Positions 9,221-18,517 of a stretch of 64,000 nt of DNA are shown in pieces (within the stretch, counting starts at the first letter, position 1; the number at the start of each line of letters is the position of its first letter). The stretch is from positions 159,970-223,969 of the forward strand of contig MTMI02000007.1 in assembly GCA_002011165.2 (NCBI GenBank), given 5' to 3'. Source of the DNA: Candidatus Mnemosynella biddleae. Lineage in GTDB: Archaea > Halobacteriota > Archaeoglobi > Mnemosynellales > Mnemosynellaceae. The notes beneath the pieces are model-generated. The model was not told the DNA's origin. It saw nothing but the letters and a program-made list of their open reading frames with translations, and made no database searches. Both the position numbers and the translations under genes were made by a program.

Positions 9221-9952
9221 TCATTCTGATTCTATTCTCGGAGCAAGTAGATAAGAGACCTCTCCATCTGCAGTGACAGGAAATGTTATTTTTACCGGAT
9301 AGTCTGTTCCAAGATAAATTCTCACTTCATCCGTCGTTCTGAAGGATTTACTCATGTCAGAGAGATAATCCAGAGAGAACATAGATCTAGCGTTTCCTCC
9401 TTTTAGTTCAAGAAGCTCATCTTTCGTTAGTTCTAATCTCATGCTATCTGTATCTCCTTCAGCTTCCATGTAAAATACTTCGTTCTCCACGCCGAGAACT
9501 ATGTGGTCGCTAATTTTGGATGCAGCTTTTATAGCTCTGTCTACTTCCATCCCATTTACCCAAACTTCTGCGCTGAACTCAAGATTGGGAACCCTCGGAT
9601 CTCTCCTCATGCTCGAAGGGTCTATGAGCGAAAGCGTATAGGACAGATTTCTTATTTTTATTCTCAGTTTTTCGTCATCCATTACAGAGAGGCTTACCTT
9701 ATCTCCTTTCTTCCCCAGTTCAAGAACATCCTCAAGTCTGTGAAGATCGACTCCTATTTCACTCTCATCTGCCTCGAAAAGTTCGAAAGCATCTCTTTTA
9801 AGTTCGAAAGAAACCATTGCAACGTTTGCAGAATCAACCGCACGCATGCTTATTCCTTCTGAAGAAGTTCTGATTTTAGCCTCATCCACAAGAATGGAGC
9901 TTGCTTTAACAAGCTTTTTAAGAACATCTGCATCTACTATACAGCTGAACAC
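9221..9952 (-). CDS. pcn: DNA polymerase sliding clamp PCNA
   Basis: 243 aa. The N-terminus (LVDEAKIRTSSEGISMRAVDSANVAMV) is collinear with archaeal PCNA as I recall it. Located directly downstream of priL. Confidence 0.9.
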   Translation of the reverse strand: MFSCIVDADVLKKLVKASSILVDEAKIRTSSEGISMRAVDSANVAMVSFELKRDAFELFEADESEIGVDLHRLEDVLELGKKGDKVSLSVMDDEKLRIKIRNLSYTLSLIDPSSMRRDPRVPNLEFSAEVWVNGMEVDRAIKAASKISDHIVLGVENEVFYMEAEGDTDSMRLELTKDELLELKGGNARSMFSLDYLSDMSKSFRTTDEVRIYLGTDYPVKITFPVTADGEVSYLLAPRIESE

Positions 9953-10005
9953 TTCGCTATTCCCCCGAAATTTTTAATAATTATTTTGTGTGAAGCTTTA
10001 TAACC

Positions 10006-10311
10006 TTAACTGTACTCTCTCCAGACTTTACCACATGAAGTGCATTTGAAGAATCTAACTTCTGGTTCATCAGCAGATCTCAATTGTCTCGTCCACCAGT
10101 AAGCTGTGTTGTTTCCACACTCTGGACATTTAGTTTGAGTGGTGGGAAGTGTTCCTTTCATCTCCTCCTCAACAACTGGGACTTCTCTTTCTCTCTCCTC
10201 CATAGTGGTCACGAGTTTACTCTTTTTTGGTTTAACAAAACCACATTTTCTGCATTTCATTCCCTCTTCACATGGGATCATCAAACTTTTACACTTTGGG
10301 CAGAATTCCAT
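10006..10311 (-). CDS. tfs: transcription factor S (TFIIS-type cleavage factor)
   Basis: N-terminal zinc ribbon CPKC...CRKC. C-terminal TFIIS ribbon CPECG...QLRSADEPEVRFFKCTSCG carrying the acidic DE loop. Confidence 0.9.
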   Translation of the reverse strand: MEFCPKCKSLMIPCEEGMKCRKCGFVKPKKSKLVTTMEEREREVPVVEEEMKGTLPTTQTKCPECGNNTAYWWTRQLRSADEPEVRFFKCTSCGKVWREYS

Positions 10312-10381
10312 TGAATCACCTCCAGTTAATGGGAGTCACAATAATATATAATGCCCTCGGAAATTTTTTTCGGTGATAAAA

Positions 10382-10774
10382 ATGAGACCTCCTCTTATCA
10401 CTGTGGATGGAGTCCTAATAGAGAAGGAGAAGATTCTCCTCGTCAAGAGACTTAAAGATCCGTTTAAAGGTATGTGGGCCCTTCCTGGAGGTTTTGTTGA
10501 GCTGAATGAGACGGTAGAGGAAGCAGTGATAAGAGAAGTGAAAGAAGAGACTGGAATTGAAGCAGAAATTCTAAGACTTGTGGGAGTTTATTCTGATCCA
10601 AAAAGAGACCCAAGAGGTCACGTCATAAGCATTGCTTTTCTCCTTAGAAGGGCTGGAGGAGAGTTAAAAGCTGGAGATGATGCAGAGAGAGTAGCTTTTC
10701 ACCCTTTGAAAGAGCTACCTCCCATGGCTTTTGATCATAGGAAGATAATCGAAGATGCATTAAAATTACTCTAA
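10382..10774 (+). CDS. Nudix hydrolase
   Basis: Nudix box GGFVELNETVEEAVIREVKEETGIE. The ORF track starts at GTG 10373, but ATG 10382 is more likely. Confidence 0.85.
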   Translation: MRPPLITVDGVLIEKEKILLVKRLKDPFKGMWALPGGFVELNETVEEAVIREVKEETGIEAEILRLVGVYSDPKRDPRGHVISIAFLLRRAGGELKAGDDAERVAFHPLKELPPMAFDHRKIIEDALKLL

Positions 10775-10777
10775 TTA

Positions 10778-10789
10778 TATGAGCTCATA
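10778..10789. promoter_or_regulatory. perfect 12-bp palindrome TATGAGCTCATA immediately upstream of a BRE/TATA element
   Basis: Read directly from the sequence. It lies between the Nudix stop (10774) and the promoter-like element of the LeuA-family operon. Confidence 0.3.
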
Positions 10790-10790
10790 A

Positions 10791-10806
10791 GAAAAGTTTA
10801 TATTAT
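10791..10806 (+). promoter_or_regulatory. candidate archaeal BRE/TATA promoter (GAAAAG TTTATATTAT)
   Basis: A purine-rich BRE-like hexamer followed by a TATA box. It lies about 25-35 nt upstream of the first possible start codon at 10831. Confidence 0.4.
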
Positions 10807-10830
10807 ATGTATTAAGAATGTAGTAAATCG

Positions 10831-12066
10831 GTGGTGAGCTTGAGGAGTTACGAGGAGATTCCAAAGATGGAGTTGCCTTCTACTCTTACGGTTACTGATT
10901 GCACAGTCAGAGATGGAGCTCAGATGCCCGGAGTTGTGATGGGTTTTGAGCATAAAGTAAAAATCTATGAGTTTCTCCATGAGATGGGAGTCGATAAAAT
11001 CGAGTGTTTCCTTCACAACGAAAGAGACAGAAAAGCGGTTAAAGAGATGCTTCAGAGAGGATATGACAAACCAGAGGTTACTGCATGGAGCAGAGCCAAG
11101 AAAGAGGATATAGATCTTGTTTTGAAGTTCGATGGAATAGAGGAGACAGGAATGCTGATGTCGGTCTCGGATGCTCATCTTTTTGACAAGATAAGGTTCT
11201 CATCCAAGGAAGAAGCGATGAACAAATATCTTGAGGCTTTTGAATATGCAGTAGATCACGGTTTAAGAGTAAGGGTACATCTCGAAGACATTACACGAGC
11301 GGATTTAGAAAACTTCGTAATTCCTCTTGTGAAAGAGACTTTGAAGAGATCAAAAAAGACAATTTACAGAATTTGCGATACACTGGGTTTTGGATTACCT
11401 TATCCTGAAGCTCCACTCCCCTTCGGAATTCCAAAGATGATCTCACTTTTCAGAGATATCGGAGCGAAGAATATTGAAATGCACATGCATGATGACTTTG
11501 GGCTAGGAGTCGCTAATTCAATTGCGGGTTATCTCTACGGAGCAACTTCAGTTAGCGGGACACTTCTGGGGATAGGTGAAAGAGCAGGAAATGCGGAAAT
11601 AGAAGAGATACTTTTAATCCTGATTACTAGGTTCAAGGGATTTGAAGAGAAGTACAGCTTGAGACTAATCTCCGAAGTTAAGAAATTCTTCGAAAAAGAG
11701 CTTGGTGTGAAGATTCCAAAGAACAAAGCGGTTGTAGGAGATAATATTTTCTCTCATGAGAGCGGAATTCATACTGCGGGAGTTATCAGAAATCCTTTCA
11801 CATATGAGCCCTATCCCCCTGAGCTCGTTGGAGCACGGAGAAAACTCTTCATAGGGCCTACATCTGGCTCAGAGGTCGTGAGATACAAGGTGGAGGAAAT
11901 TCTCAAAGAGATGAGTGACAATGGAGTGGAGTTGAAGAAAAATCATCCTCTTGTGAAGAAAGTCTTCGAGGAAATTAATAGAATGTATGATGAGGGAAGG
12001 AAGACGATCATCCGAGATGAGGAACTCAGAGAAATCGTGAAAAAATACGTAGAGGGTCTTGCATGA
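10831..12066 (+). CDS. LeuA/HCS/CimA-family 2-oxoacid:acetyl-CoA condensing enzyme; specificity unresolved (homocitrate, citramalate, isopropylmalate or Re-citrate synthase type)
   Basis: DRE-TIM barrel motifs TVRDGAQ (atypical, usually RDGEQ) and HMHDDFGLGVANS (usually HxHNDxG). ATG 10867 is an alternative start. Confidence 0.75.
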   Translation: MVSLRSYEEIPKMELPSTLTVTDCTVRDGAQMPGVVMGFEHKVKIYEFLHEMGVDKIECFLHNERDRKAVKEMLQRGYDKPEVTAWSRAKKEDIDLVLKFDGIEETGMLMSVSDAHLFDKIRFSSKEEAMNKYLEAFEYAVDHGLRVRVHLEDITRADLENFVIPLVKETLKRSKKTIYRICDTLGFGLPYPEAPLPFGIPKMISLFRDIGAKNIEMHMHDDFGLGVANSIAGYLYGATSVSGTLLGIGERAGNAEIEEILLILITRFKGFEEKYSLRLISEVKKFFEKELGVKIPKNKAVVGDNIFSHESGIHTAGVIRNPFTYEPYPPELVGARRKLFIGPTSGSEVVRYKVEEILKEMSDNGVELKKNHPLVKKVFEEINRMYDEGRKTIIRDEELREIVKKYVEGLA

Positions 12067-13061
12067 AAAAAGTGGGGATAATAAGAGGCGATGGAATAGG
12101 AAAAGAAATAATTCCCCCTGTTGTGGAAATATTGAACTCTTTCGCTCCTTTAGAGATTCTGGAAATAGAAGCGGGTTATTCAAAATGGAAAAAATGTGGA
12201 GAAGCAATCTCTGAAGAGGATCTTGAAATTCTCGAAGAAGTTGATGCCATCTTCAAGGGTCCTACTGCAACTCCAAGCGGAAGAGGAACCTTTAGAAGCG
12301 TGAACGTCACTCTCAGAAAGCACTTTGATCTTTATGCCAACGTTAGGCCGATAAAGTCTTATGGAGTTAAGTACGGCGCTTTGAGAGAGAATGTTGATAT
12401 GATAATCATAAGGGAGAATACAGAAGGACTTTATAGCGGAATAGAGTTCTCTATCGGAAATCTTGCTCAGAGTGTAAGAGTAATAACGAGAAGAGGAGCT
12501 GAAAGAATCTGCAGATTCGCTTTCGAATTTGCAAAGAAAGAAGGGAGAAAAAAAGTAACACTGGTTCATAAGGCCAACATACTCAAGGAGACTTGCGGAC
12601 TCTTTTTGGAAGTTGGGAAAGAAGTCTCCAAAGAATTCGGGGGAATAGAGTTTGAAGATATGATAGTTGATGCAACCGCTATGAGGATGGTCCGATCTCC
12701 AGAAAACTTCGACGTTATAGTTACAACTAATCTCTTCGGAGATATACTTAGCGATCTTGCCCTTGGAATTGTTGGGTCACTCGCTCTCGGAGGAAGTGCA
12801 AATATAGGGGATGAAAAAGCTCTTTTCGAACCAGTTCACGGAAGTGCTCCTGATATAGCAGGAAAAGGAATTGCAAATCCGGTTGGAGCTCTAATTTCAG
12901 GAGGTATGATGCTGAAATATCTAGGATTCGAGAAAGAGGGAGAGGAAATTCTTAATGCTGTTGAGAGGAGTTTAAAGGAAGGAAAAGTCCTCACTCCAGA
13001 TCTCGGTGGAAATGCGAAAACCGATGAGTTCCTCAGATATTTCGAATCGAAGTTGAGGTGA
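12063..13061 (+). CDS. beta-decarboxylating dehydrogenase (isopropylmalate / homoisocitrate / isocitrate dehydrogenase family)
   Basis: N-terminus IIRGDGIGKEI, then IIIRENTEGLYSG, NLFGDILSDL and HGSAPDIAGKGIANP. Start overlaps the upstream stop. Confidence 0.85.
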   Translation: MKKVGIIRGDGIGKEIIPPVVEILNSFAPLEILEIEAGYSKWKKCGEAISEEDLEILEEVDAIFKGPTATPSGRGTFRSVNVTLRKHFDLYANVRPIKSYGVKYGALRENVDMIIIRENTEGLYSGIEFSIGNLAQSVRVITRRGAERICRFAFEFAKKEGRKKVTLVHKANILKETCGLFLEVGKEVSKEFGGIEFEDMIVDATAMRMVRSPENFDVIVTTNLFGDILSDLALGIVGSLALGGSANIGDEKALFEPVHGSAPDIAGKGIANPVGALISGGMMLKYLGFEKEGEEILNAVERSLKEGKVLTPDLGGNAKTDEFLRYFESKLR

Positions 13062-14314
13062 TTTTTATGGAAACAATGGTCGAGAAGATTCTAGGAAGGA
13101 AGATCGGGAGAAAGGTCTCTCCCGGGGAGTTAATCGCAGTTCAGGTGGATCTCGTTTTCGCTCATGATGGGACAATGCCTCTTGCGATTCAGCAGATGGA
13201 AAAGCATCTTGGAACGAGAAAAGTTTTCGATAGTGAGAAAGTTGTTGCAATATGCGATCACGCGGTTCCACCTCCATCTGAGAGAGTTGCGAATGTCCAC
13301 AAATTCGTAAGAGAATTTGCAAAAGAGAACGGAATTAAAATCTACGAAAACGGAGATGGGGTCTGTCATCAGATAATCGCAGAGAATTATTCTGCTCCTT
13401 GGAAAGTGATAATAGGTGCGGACTCTCATAGCTGTACTCACGGCGCTCTCGGAGCATTCGCCACTGGTATGGGAAGTACTGATGTAGCTGCAATTATGGC
13501 TTACGGGATGACGTGGTTGAGAGTCCCAGAAAGTATCAAGATTGAACTTACAGGAGAGCTTCCGAGAAGAGTTCTTTCAAAAGACGTTTTTTTAACACTT
13601 CTTGGAATTCTCGGTGCGGATGGAGCAACTTATCAAACTCTTGAGTTTCTCGGAGAGGGAATCAAGGCTATGAGTGTTGGAGAGAGGATGACTCTGACTA
13701 ATATGGCGATAGAGGCGGGAGCAAAAACTGGAATATGTGAAGCAGACGAAAAGGTCAGAGAATTTCTGAGAGAGAATGGAAGAGAAAACGAATTTCAACC
13801 GCTTCATCCTGATGTCTCAGCATATTACAAAGATGAGATTATTCTGGAATCGGAGAGAATTGAGCCAATGGTTGCGTGCCCTCACAAGGTTGATAACGTA
13901 AAGAGTGTTAGTGAGGTTGAAGGTTTGGAAATTGATGTCGTCTGTCTCGGCTCTTGCACGAATGGAAGAATAGAGGATCTTAGAGTTGCTGCAGAAATCT
14001 TAAAGGGAAAGAAAGTCCATCAAGAGGTCAGATTCATTGTTTATCCAGCTAGCAGAAAGGTTTTGATGAGAGCTTATGAGGAAGGAATTATTGACGTCTT
14101 TCTTTCAGCTGGAGCATCAATAGGAGTTCCAGGATGCGGTTTCTGTATAGGAAGAGTCGTTGCAGTTGGAGATGGGGAGAGAGTTCTCTCAACCCAGAAC
14201 AGAAATTTTTTGGGAAGAATGGGTAATAATAAGGCAGAAATTTATCTCTCCTCCCCCGCAACAGCAGCAGCATCTGCTATCACAGGAAAAATCACTGATC
14301 CTCGGGAGGTGTGA
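13058..14314 (+). CDS. aconitase-family dehydratase large subunit (LeuC/HacA type)
   Basis: 418 aa with the motifs [27 protein letters not shown] and the Fe-S ligand regions CLGSCTNGR and GCGFCIG. Confidence 0.85.
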   Translation: MIFMETMVEKILGRKIGRKVSPGELIAVQVDLVFAHDGTMPLAIQQMEKHLGTRKVFDSEKVVAICDHAVPPPSERVANVHKFVREFAKENGIKIYENGDGVCHQIIAENYSAPWKVIIGADSHSCTHGALGAFATGMGSTDVAAIMAYGMTWLRVPESIKIELTGELPRRVLSKDVFLTLLGILGADGATYQTLEFLGEGIKAMSVGERMTLTNMAIEAGAKTGICEADEKVREFLRENGRENEFQPLHPDVSAYYKDEIILESERIEPMVACPHKVDNVKSVSEVEGLEIDVVCLGSCTNGRIEDLRVAAEILKGKKVHQEVRFIVYPASRKVLMRAYEEGIIDVFLSAGASIGVPGCGFCIGRVVAVGDGERVLSTQNRNFLGRMGNNKAEIYLSSPATAAASAITGKITDPREV

Positions 14315-14823
14315 AATTGGAGATAGAGGGAATCGTTCTCAGAGTATTTCCCAGAGATACAAACACTGATGAGATCATCTCAGGAAAATATAAATATGAC
14401 GAACTCGATTTAGAGAAACTTGCCGTTCATACCTTTGAGGCAATAGATGAGAAGTTTTACGAGGATGCTAAAAGAACTGAAAATCCGATTTTGGTCGCAA
14501 GGGAGAATTTCGGATGTGGATCTTCGAGAGAACAGGCGCCTCAGGTTCTGAAAGCATGTGGAATAAAGTGCATAATAGCGGATTCTTTTGCGAGGATATT
14601 CTACAGAAATGCATTCAACATAGGATTACCTCTGATTGAATGTCCTGGATTTTCAGCAGAACCTGGAGATAGAGTTCTTGTGGATCTGAAGAAAGGTAAA
14701 GTTGTAAATCTGATGAAAGATATGACTTATGAGTTCAAACCTATTCCAATGTTCATTCGGAAGATACTCGATGCCGGAGGTCTGTTGGAGTATTTGAAGA
14801 GAGAGGGTGGCTTTAAAGTTTAA
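14311..14823 (+). CDS. aconitase-family dehydratase small subunit (LeuD/HacB type)
   Basis: 170 aa with [22 protein letters not shown] and [19 protein letters not shown]-type overlap with the large subunit. Confidence 0.85.
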   Translation: MKLEIEGIVLRVFPRDTNTDEIISGKYKYDELDLEKLAVHTFEAIDEKFYEDAKRTENPILVARENFGCGSSREQAPQVLKACGIKCIIADSFARIFYRNAFNIGLPLIECPGFSAEPGDRVLVDLKKGKVVNLMKDMTYEFKPIPMFIRKILDAGGLLEYLKREGGFKV

Positions 14824-14856
14824 CTTTTTATAAGATGAGATTCTAAACAATTTATA

Positions 14857-15114
14857 ATGGTGGAACAGTTGGAAGAAGTGGGTAGAGTTTTTAAGTATTT
14901 CCAAAAAATCGGAGTTGCGGCAGTAGAACTTAAAAGAGATTTGAAAATTGGGGATACTATAGTCATAAGAGGGGCAACCACGAATTTAGTTCAGAAGGTA
15001 ACCTCACTGCAAAAGAATGGAGTTCCGATCTCTCATGCAAAAGCAGGCGATGAAGTGGGTATAAAAGTGGAAGATAGGGTCAGACCAGATGATCTGGTTT
15101 TCAAGAAACTCTGA
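14857..15114 (+). CDS. stand-alone EF-Tu domain-II-like beta-barrel protein
   Basis: 85 aa. The sequence GVAAVELKRDLKIGDTIVIRG...GDEVGIKVEDRVRPDDLV resembles the translation-factor domain 2 barrel. Confidence 0.5.
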   Translation: MVEQLEEVGRVFKYFQKIGVAAVELKRDLKIGDTIVIRGATTNLVQKVTSLQKNGVPISHAKAGDEVGIKVEDRVRPDDLVFKKL

Positions 15115-15898
15115 GGAATTCCGAGAGATCTTTCAGAGATTTAAAAACAAAATCCGGTCTATCTTCCAGAGGAAGAAGCTCCAGATCTTCTTTTCTCGTA
15201 ATTCCAGTTAGTACAAGTGCTGTTTTGAGTTTTAGAGCTCTTCCAGAGGCAACATCTGTGTCCAGTCTATCTCCAATAAGAAGAATCTCCTCAGCTTTAC
15301 TTCCAACTTTCTTCTTCACGAAAGATAGCATGAGAGGTGACGGTTTTCCAACGACTATATCTGCTTTTCTTCCACTGGCAGCTTCAATTGATGCTAAAAC
15401 TGATCCAGATCCTGGTTCAAGACCTCTTTGGCTGGGAAACGTAACATCTTGATTTGTCGCTATGAACATTGCACCTCTTCTAACAGCTCTCGCAGCCAGC
15501 GAGATCTTCTCGTAATTTATCCCTCTATCCATTCCTACTACAACTGCTTCTATATCACTCGGCTTTGCATCCACATTGAGGATCTCATGTCCAGCTTCCT
15601 TCAACTCTTTAATCAGACCTCTCTCGCCTACCGGGAAAATTTTTTTAACTCCAAACTCTTCAAGTATGAACTCTGCTGTTACACTCGCACTTGTGAAAAC
15701 TCTGGTTTTCTCAATTTTAATCCCTTTTTCTATGAACTTATGAATGTAATCCTCCCGGTGTCTTGTGCTGTTGTTTGTTAGTAAAAAGATCTCATGAGTC
15801 TCTGAAAGCTCTTTCAGCACTTCTGGAGCTCCCGGGATGAACTCATTTCCTCTGTATATTACGCCATCTATATCGAACACGAGTTTTCGAAATTTCAT
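15101..15898 (-). CDS. HAD-superfamily subfamily IIA phosphatase (NagD-like)
   Basis: Motif I FDIDGVIY, then LTNNS, and the C-terminal GDRLDTDV. Confidence 0.8.
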   Translation of the reverse strand: MKFRKLVFDIDGVIYRGNEFIPGAPEVLKELSETHEIFLLTNNSTRHREDYIHKFIEKGIKIEKTRVFTSASVTAEFILEEFGVKKIFPVGERGLIKELKEAGHEILNVDAKPSDIEAVVVGMDRGINYEKISLAARAVRRGAMFIATNQDVTFPSQRGLEPGSGSVLASIEAASGRKADIVVGKPSPLMLSFVKKKVGSKAEEILLIGDRLDTDVASGRALKLKTALVLTGITRKEDLELLPLEDRPDFVFKSLKDLSEFLRVS

Positions 15899-15930
15899 AT
15901 CTTCGGAATTTGCGTGAGAGTAGATAATTC

Positions 15931-16650
15931 TTATCTCAGTCTCAGGAGCTCGATTGCATTTCTCAGAGCTTCAATGTGAAGTTGACCTTCTGCTGCACTT
16001 CTCGAAATACATCCATAAGTGAGAACTGAACCGTAAAGAGGAGCGACAACTCTTGAATATTTGCCAATTTCTCCCATGGAAATCACACAAATCGGATCTC
16101 CTCTGAATTTCAGAAGAAGTCGAAGGACTCTCAGAACATCCTCATGCTCCGTTGGTCTTACAGCAAGTTTTGCAATATCTCCTATTTTCAAAGATTCTCT
16201 CAAAACTCTTTCCATGAACTCATCAGAAGGAGTCTGGTAAATATCATGATAGGAAACGATGCACTCAATACCCTTTTCTTTGCACTTTTCTACAATTTCA
16301 TCTCTTATTTCGGAGTTCAGTTCAATATCGAGCATATCCGCAAGAGGGAGAAGCGAGAGAAGTCTCTCCTTCCTATTCTCCTCATCTCCTTCGTAGAAAC
16401 CTCCATCCTCTTTTCTTCTGAAGGTGATGAGGATTGGAAGCTCAGTGGAGTCACGAATCTTTCTGACAGTCTCATCACTCATCGTGTCTATCCTGAGCTC
16501 TAAAATATCTGCACCGCACTCTTCAGCTCTCTTTGCATCACTCAGAGCACCATCACCCAGAAGAGAAGCAACTATCCTGAAATTATCTTTCGATGATTCT
16601 CTCTTCAACCTTTTTTCCAAAGTGCCTTCCTCCAGAAGAAAGGTGGACAA
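15931..16650 (-). CDS. aroD: 3-dehydroquinate dehydratase, type I
   Basis: The motifs ADILELRIDTM, ILITFRRKEDGG and GDIAKLAVRP (Schiff-base Lys region) match type I DHQase. The start is uncertain because the ORF overlaps the upstream gene by 68 nt. Confidence 0.75.
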   Translation of the reverse strand: MSTFLLEEGTLEKRLKRESSKDNFRIVASLLGDGALSDAKRAEECGADILELRIDTMSDETVRKIRDSTELPILITFRRKEDGGFYEGDEENRKERLLSLLPLADMLDIELNSEIRDEIVEKCKEKGIECIVSYHDIYQTPSDEFMERVLRESLKIGDIAKLAVRPTEHEDVLRVLRLLLKFRGDPICVISMGEIGKYSRVVAPLYGSVLTYGCISRSAAEGQLHIEALRNAIELLRLR

Positions 16651-17650
16651 GAACCTTATCTCCAGGTCTCAGTTTGGTAACAGAGACTGGCTCCCCCCTC
16701 TCATTCACAAGCTTTATAGTTTCAGCATTCTGGAGAATTACAGAGAATTCTCTACCATCACTTCTAGCTCTTACTAGGATCATGGGTCTGCTCTCTATTT
16801 TCACTCTCCCAACCCATGAAGCTCTGGCTTCGCCCTCTACATTCACAATCATGACTTCGTCTCCTGCCTTTAATTCAGAGAGGTACTTTGTTCTCTCTCC
16901 AATCAAGATATAAGAGTGAACAGCTCCTGCGTTAACTCGAAATGGTCTTGCGGAGACATAAGAACTCTCTTCCGATTCTGAATGGACCAAAAAGAATGCA
17001 TCTGATTGCGATCCAATAAGCATACCCTCTCCAATATTCATGAGAGTGCATGTATCCACACAGACTCTATCTCCAAGACCTATTTGTTTTACTTCGATTA
17101 TTTCTGCCTCTTTAAGTTCTACTTTTCCTATCTCTTTCTTCACCGCATCTGTAATTCTCTTCATCAATTCTCTCGATTCTGTGGTTATAAGAACTCCGTC
17201 TGCACCTCTCTCGAGAATTTGAGTGACGAGTTCCGCCTCTTTTTCATCACTTACAACTACGATCAGTTTGCCTCCGTGGGTCTGAAGCGATGCAATTAGA
17301 TTCTCCAGTGGTATTATTTTCCAGTCTTGAGTGCTTACTATGAGATAATCCACATACTTTGAGATCTCCTCCGCTCTTAACTGATCTTCTGCACTTCTTA
17401 TTCTCATCATCACTGCAATTTCAGCACTCACGTTCACTCCTATTTCTTCGGGAGAAAGGATGACTATATCTGCTCCAAGCTCTCCATTCACTTTTGATGC
17501 AACTTTGATTTTTCCAAGCTGTCTTACTTTTTCGATCTCTTCACCTCTCACAATAATACAGTCAATTCCACTTTCAAGAGCAGATGTTACTTTCTCCTTT
17601 TTCTCTTCCCACGGGATTTCTTCATCTGCCTTAAGCCAGACCTCCCTCAC
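16583..17650 (-). CDS. 3-dehydroquinate synthase II (archaeal, MJ1249 type)
   Basis: 355 aa. The C-terminal [11 protein letters not shown]...[14 protein letters not shown] is typical of archaeal DHQ synthase II. Lies between the ADH synthase and aroD. Confidence 0.8.
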   Translation of the reverse strand: MREVWLKADEEIPWEEKKEKVTSALESGIDCIIVRGEEIEKVRQLGKIKVASKVNGELGADIVILSPEEIGVNVSAEIAVMMRIRSAEDQLRAEEISKYVDYLIVSTQDWKIIPLENLIASLQTHGGKLIVVVSDEKEAELVTQILERGADGVLITTESRELMKRITDAVKKEIGKVELKEAEIIEVKQIGLGDRVCVDTCTLMNIGEGMLIGSQSDAFFLVHSESEESSYVSARPFRVNAGAVHSYILIGERTKYLSELKAGDEVMIVNVEGEARASWVGRVKIESRPMILVRARSDGREFSVILQNAETIKLVNERGEPVSVTKLRPGDKVLVHLSSGGRHFGKKVEERIIER

Positions 17651-18453
17651 TTGAGAACCTCCATGGCGGTTTTAACATCTACATTTTCATGCACAATCAA
17701 TGAAATAGCTCTTGTTATCTTCTCTGGATCATCATGCTGAAATATGTTTCTTCCTATTGCTACTCCACTTGCTCCTCCATCCATTGCTCCCCTTACCATC
17801 TTCAGTATCTCTTCATCGCTTCCCATTTTCGGACCTCCAGCTATGACCACCGGAACGGGACATCCTCTCACAACTTCTCTAAAGCTCTCAGGATTTCCGG
17901 TGTAGTTTGTTTTAACTATGTCTGCACCAAGCTCTGCACCAACGCGGGCGACATGAGCGACAATCTTAGGATCATAAGGATTGGTGATCGAAGGTCCTCT
18001 GGGGTACATCATTGCAAGTAAAGGCATACCCCACTCTTCACATTTTGCTGCAACTTTTCCTAGTTTTACAAGTTGCTCTGCTTCGGTTTTTGACCCAACG
18101 TTTATATGCACACTTACTGCATCTGCTCCGAGTTTCAGCGCTTCTTCAACTTCTGTGACGAGAACTTTCTCATTAGGATCAGGGGAGAGGCTTGTGCTGG
18201 CTGAGAGATGAATAATAAGTCCTATATCTCTCCCATATCCTCTATGGCCAGCTTTGACCATTCCCTTCTGTTGCACGACTGCGTTGGCTCCACCATTTGC
18301 CACTTTGTCTATTGTTTCGGGTAAATTTTCCAGTCCCTTTACAGGTCCTATAGAAATTCCATGATCCATCGGGACTATTACGGTGTTCCCACTTCTTCTG
18401 TCAATTATTCTCTCTATTCTTATCTTTTTCCCTATTTCACTCATAGCACTCAC
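17647..18453 (-). CDS. 2-amino-3,7-dideoxy-D-threo-hept-6-ulosonate (ADH) synthase, class I aldolase (MJ0400 type)
   Basis: DhnA-type aldolase motifs [11 protein letters not shown] and IVKTNYTG. Operon context with DHQ synthase II. Confidence 0.8.
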   Translation of the reverse strand: MSAMSEIGKKIRIERIIDRRSGNTVIVPMDHGISIGPVKGLENLPETIDKVANGGANAVVQQKGMVKAGHRGYGRDIGLIIHLSASTSLSPDPNEKVLVTEVEEALKLGADAVSVHINVGSKTEAEQLVKLGKVAAKCEEWGMPLLAMMYPRGPSITNPYDPKIVAHVARVGAELGADIVKTNYTGNPESFREVVRGCPVPVVIAGGPKMGSDEEILKMVRGAMDGGASGVAIGRNIFQHDDPEKITRAISLIVHENVDVKTAMEVLK

Positions 18454-18517
18454 CTTGCTACTATGTTACTTAGTCGCATATTAACACAAAATATTTAAGG
18501 TTTTCTGTTTCTGAAGT

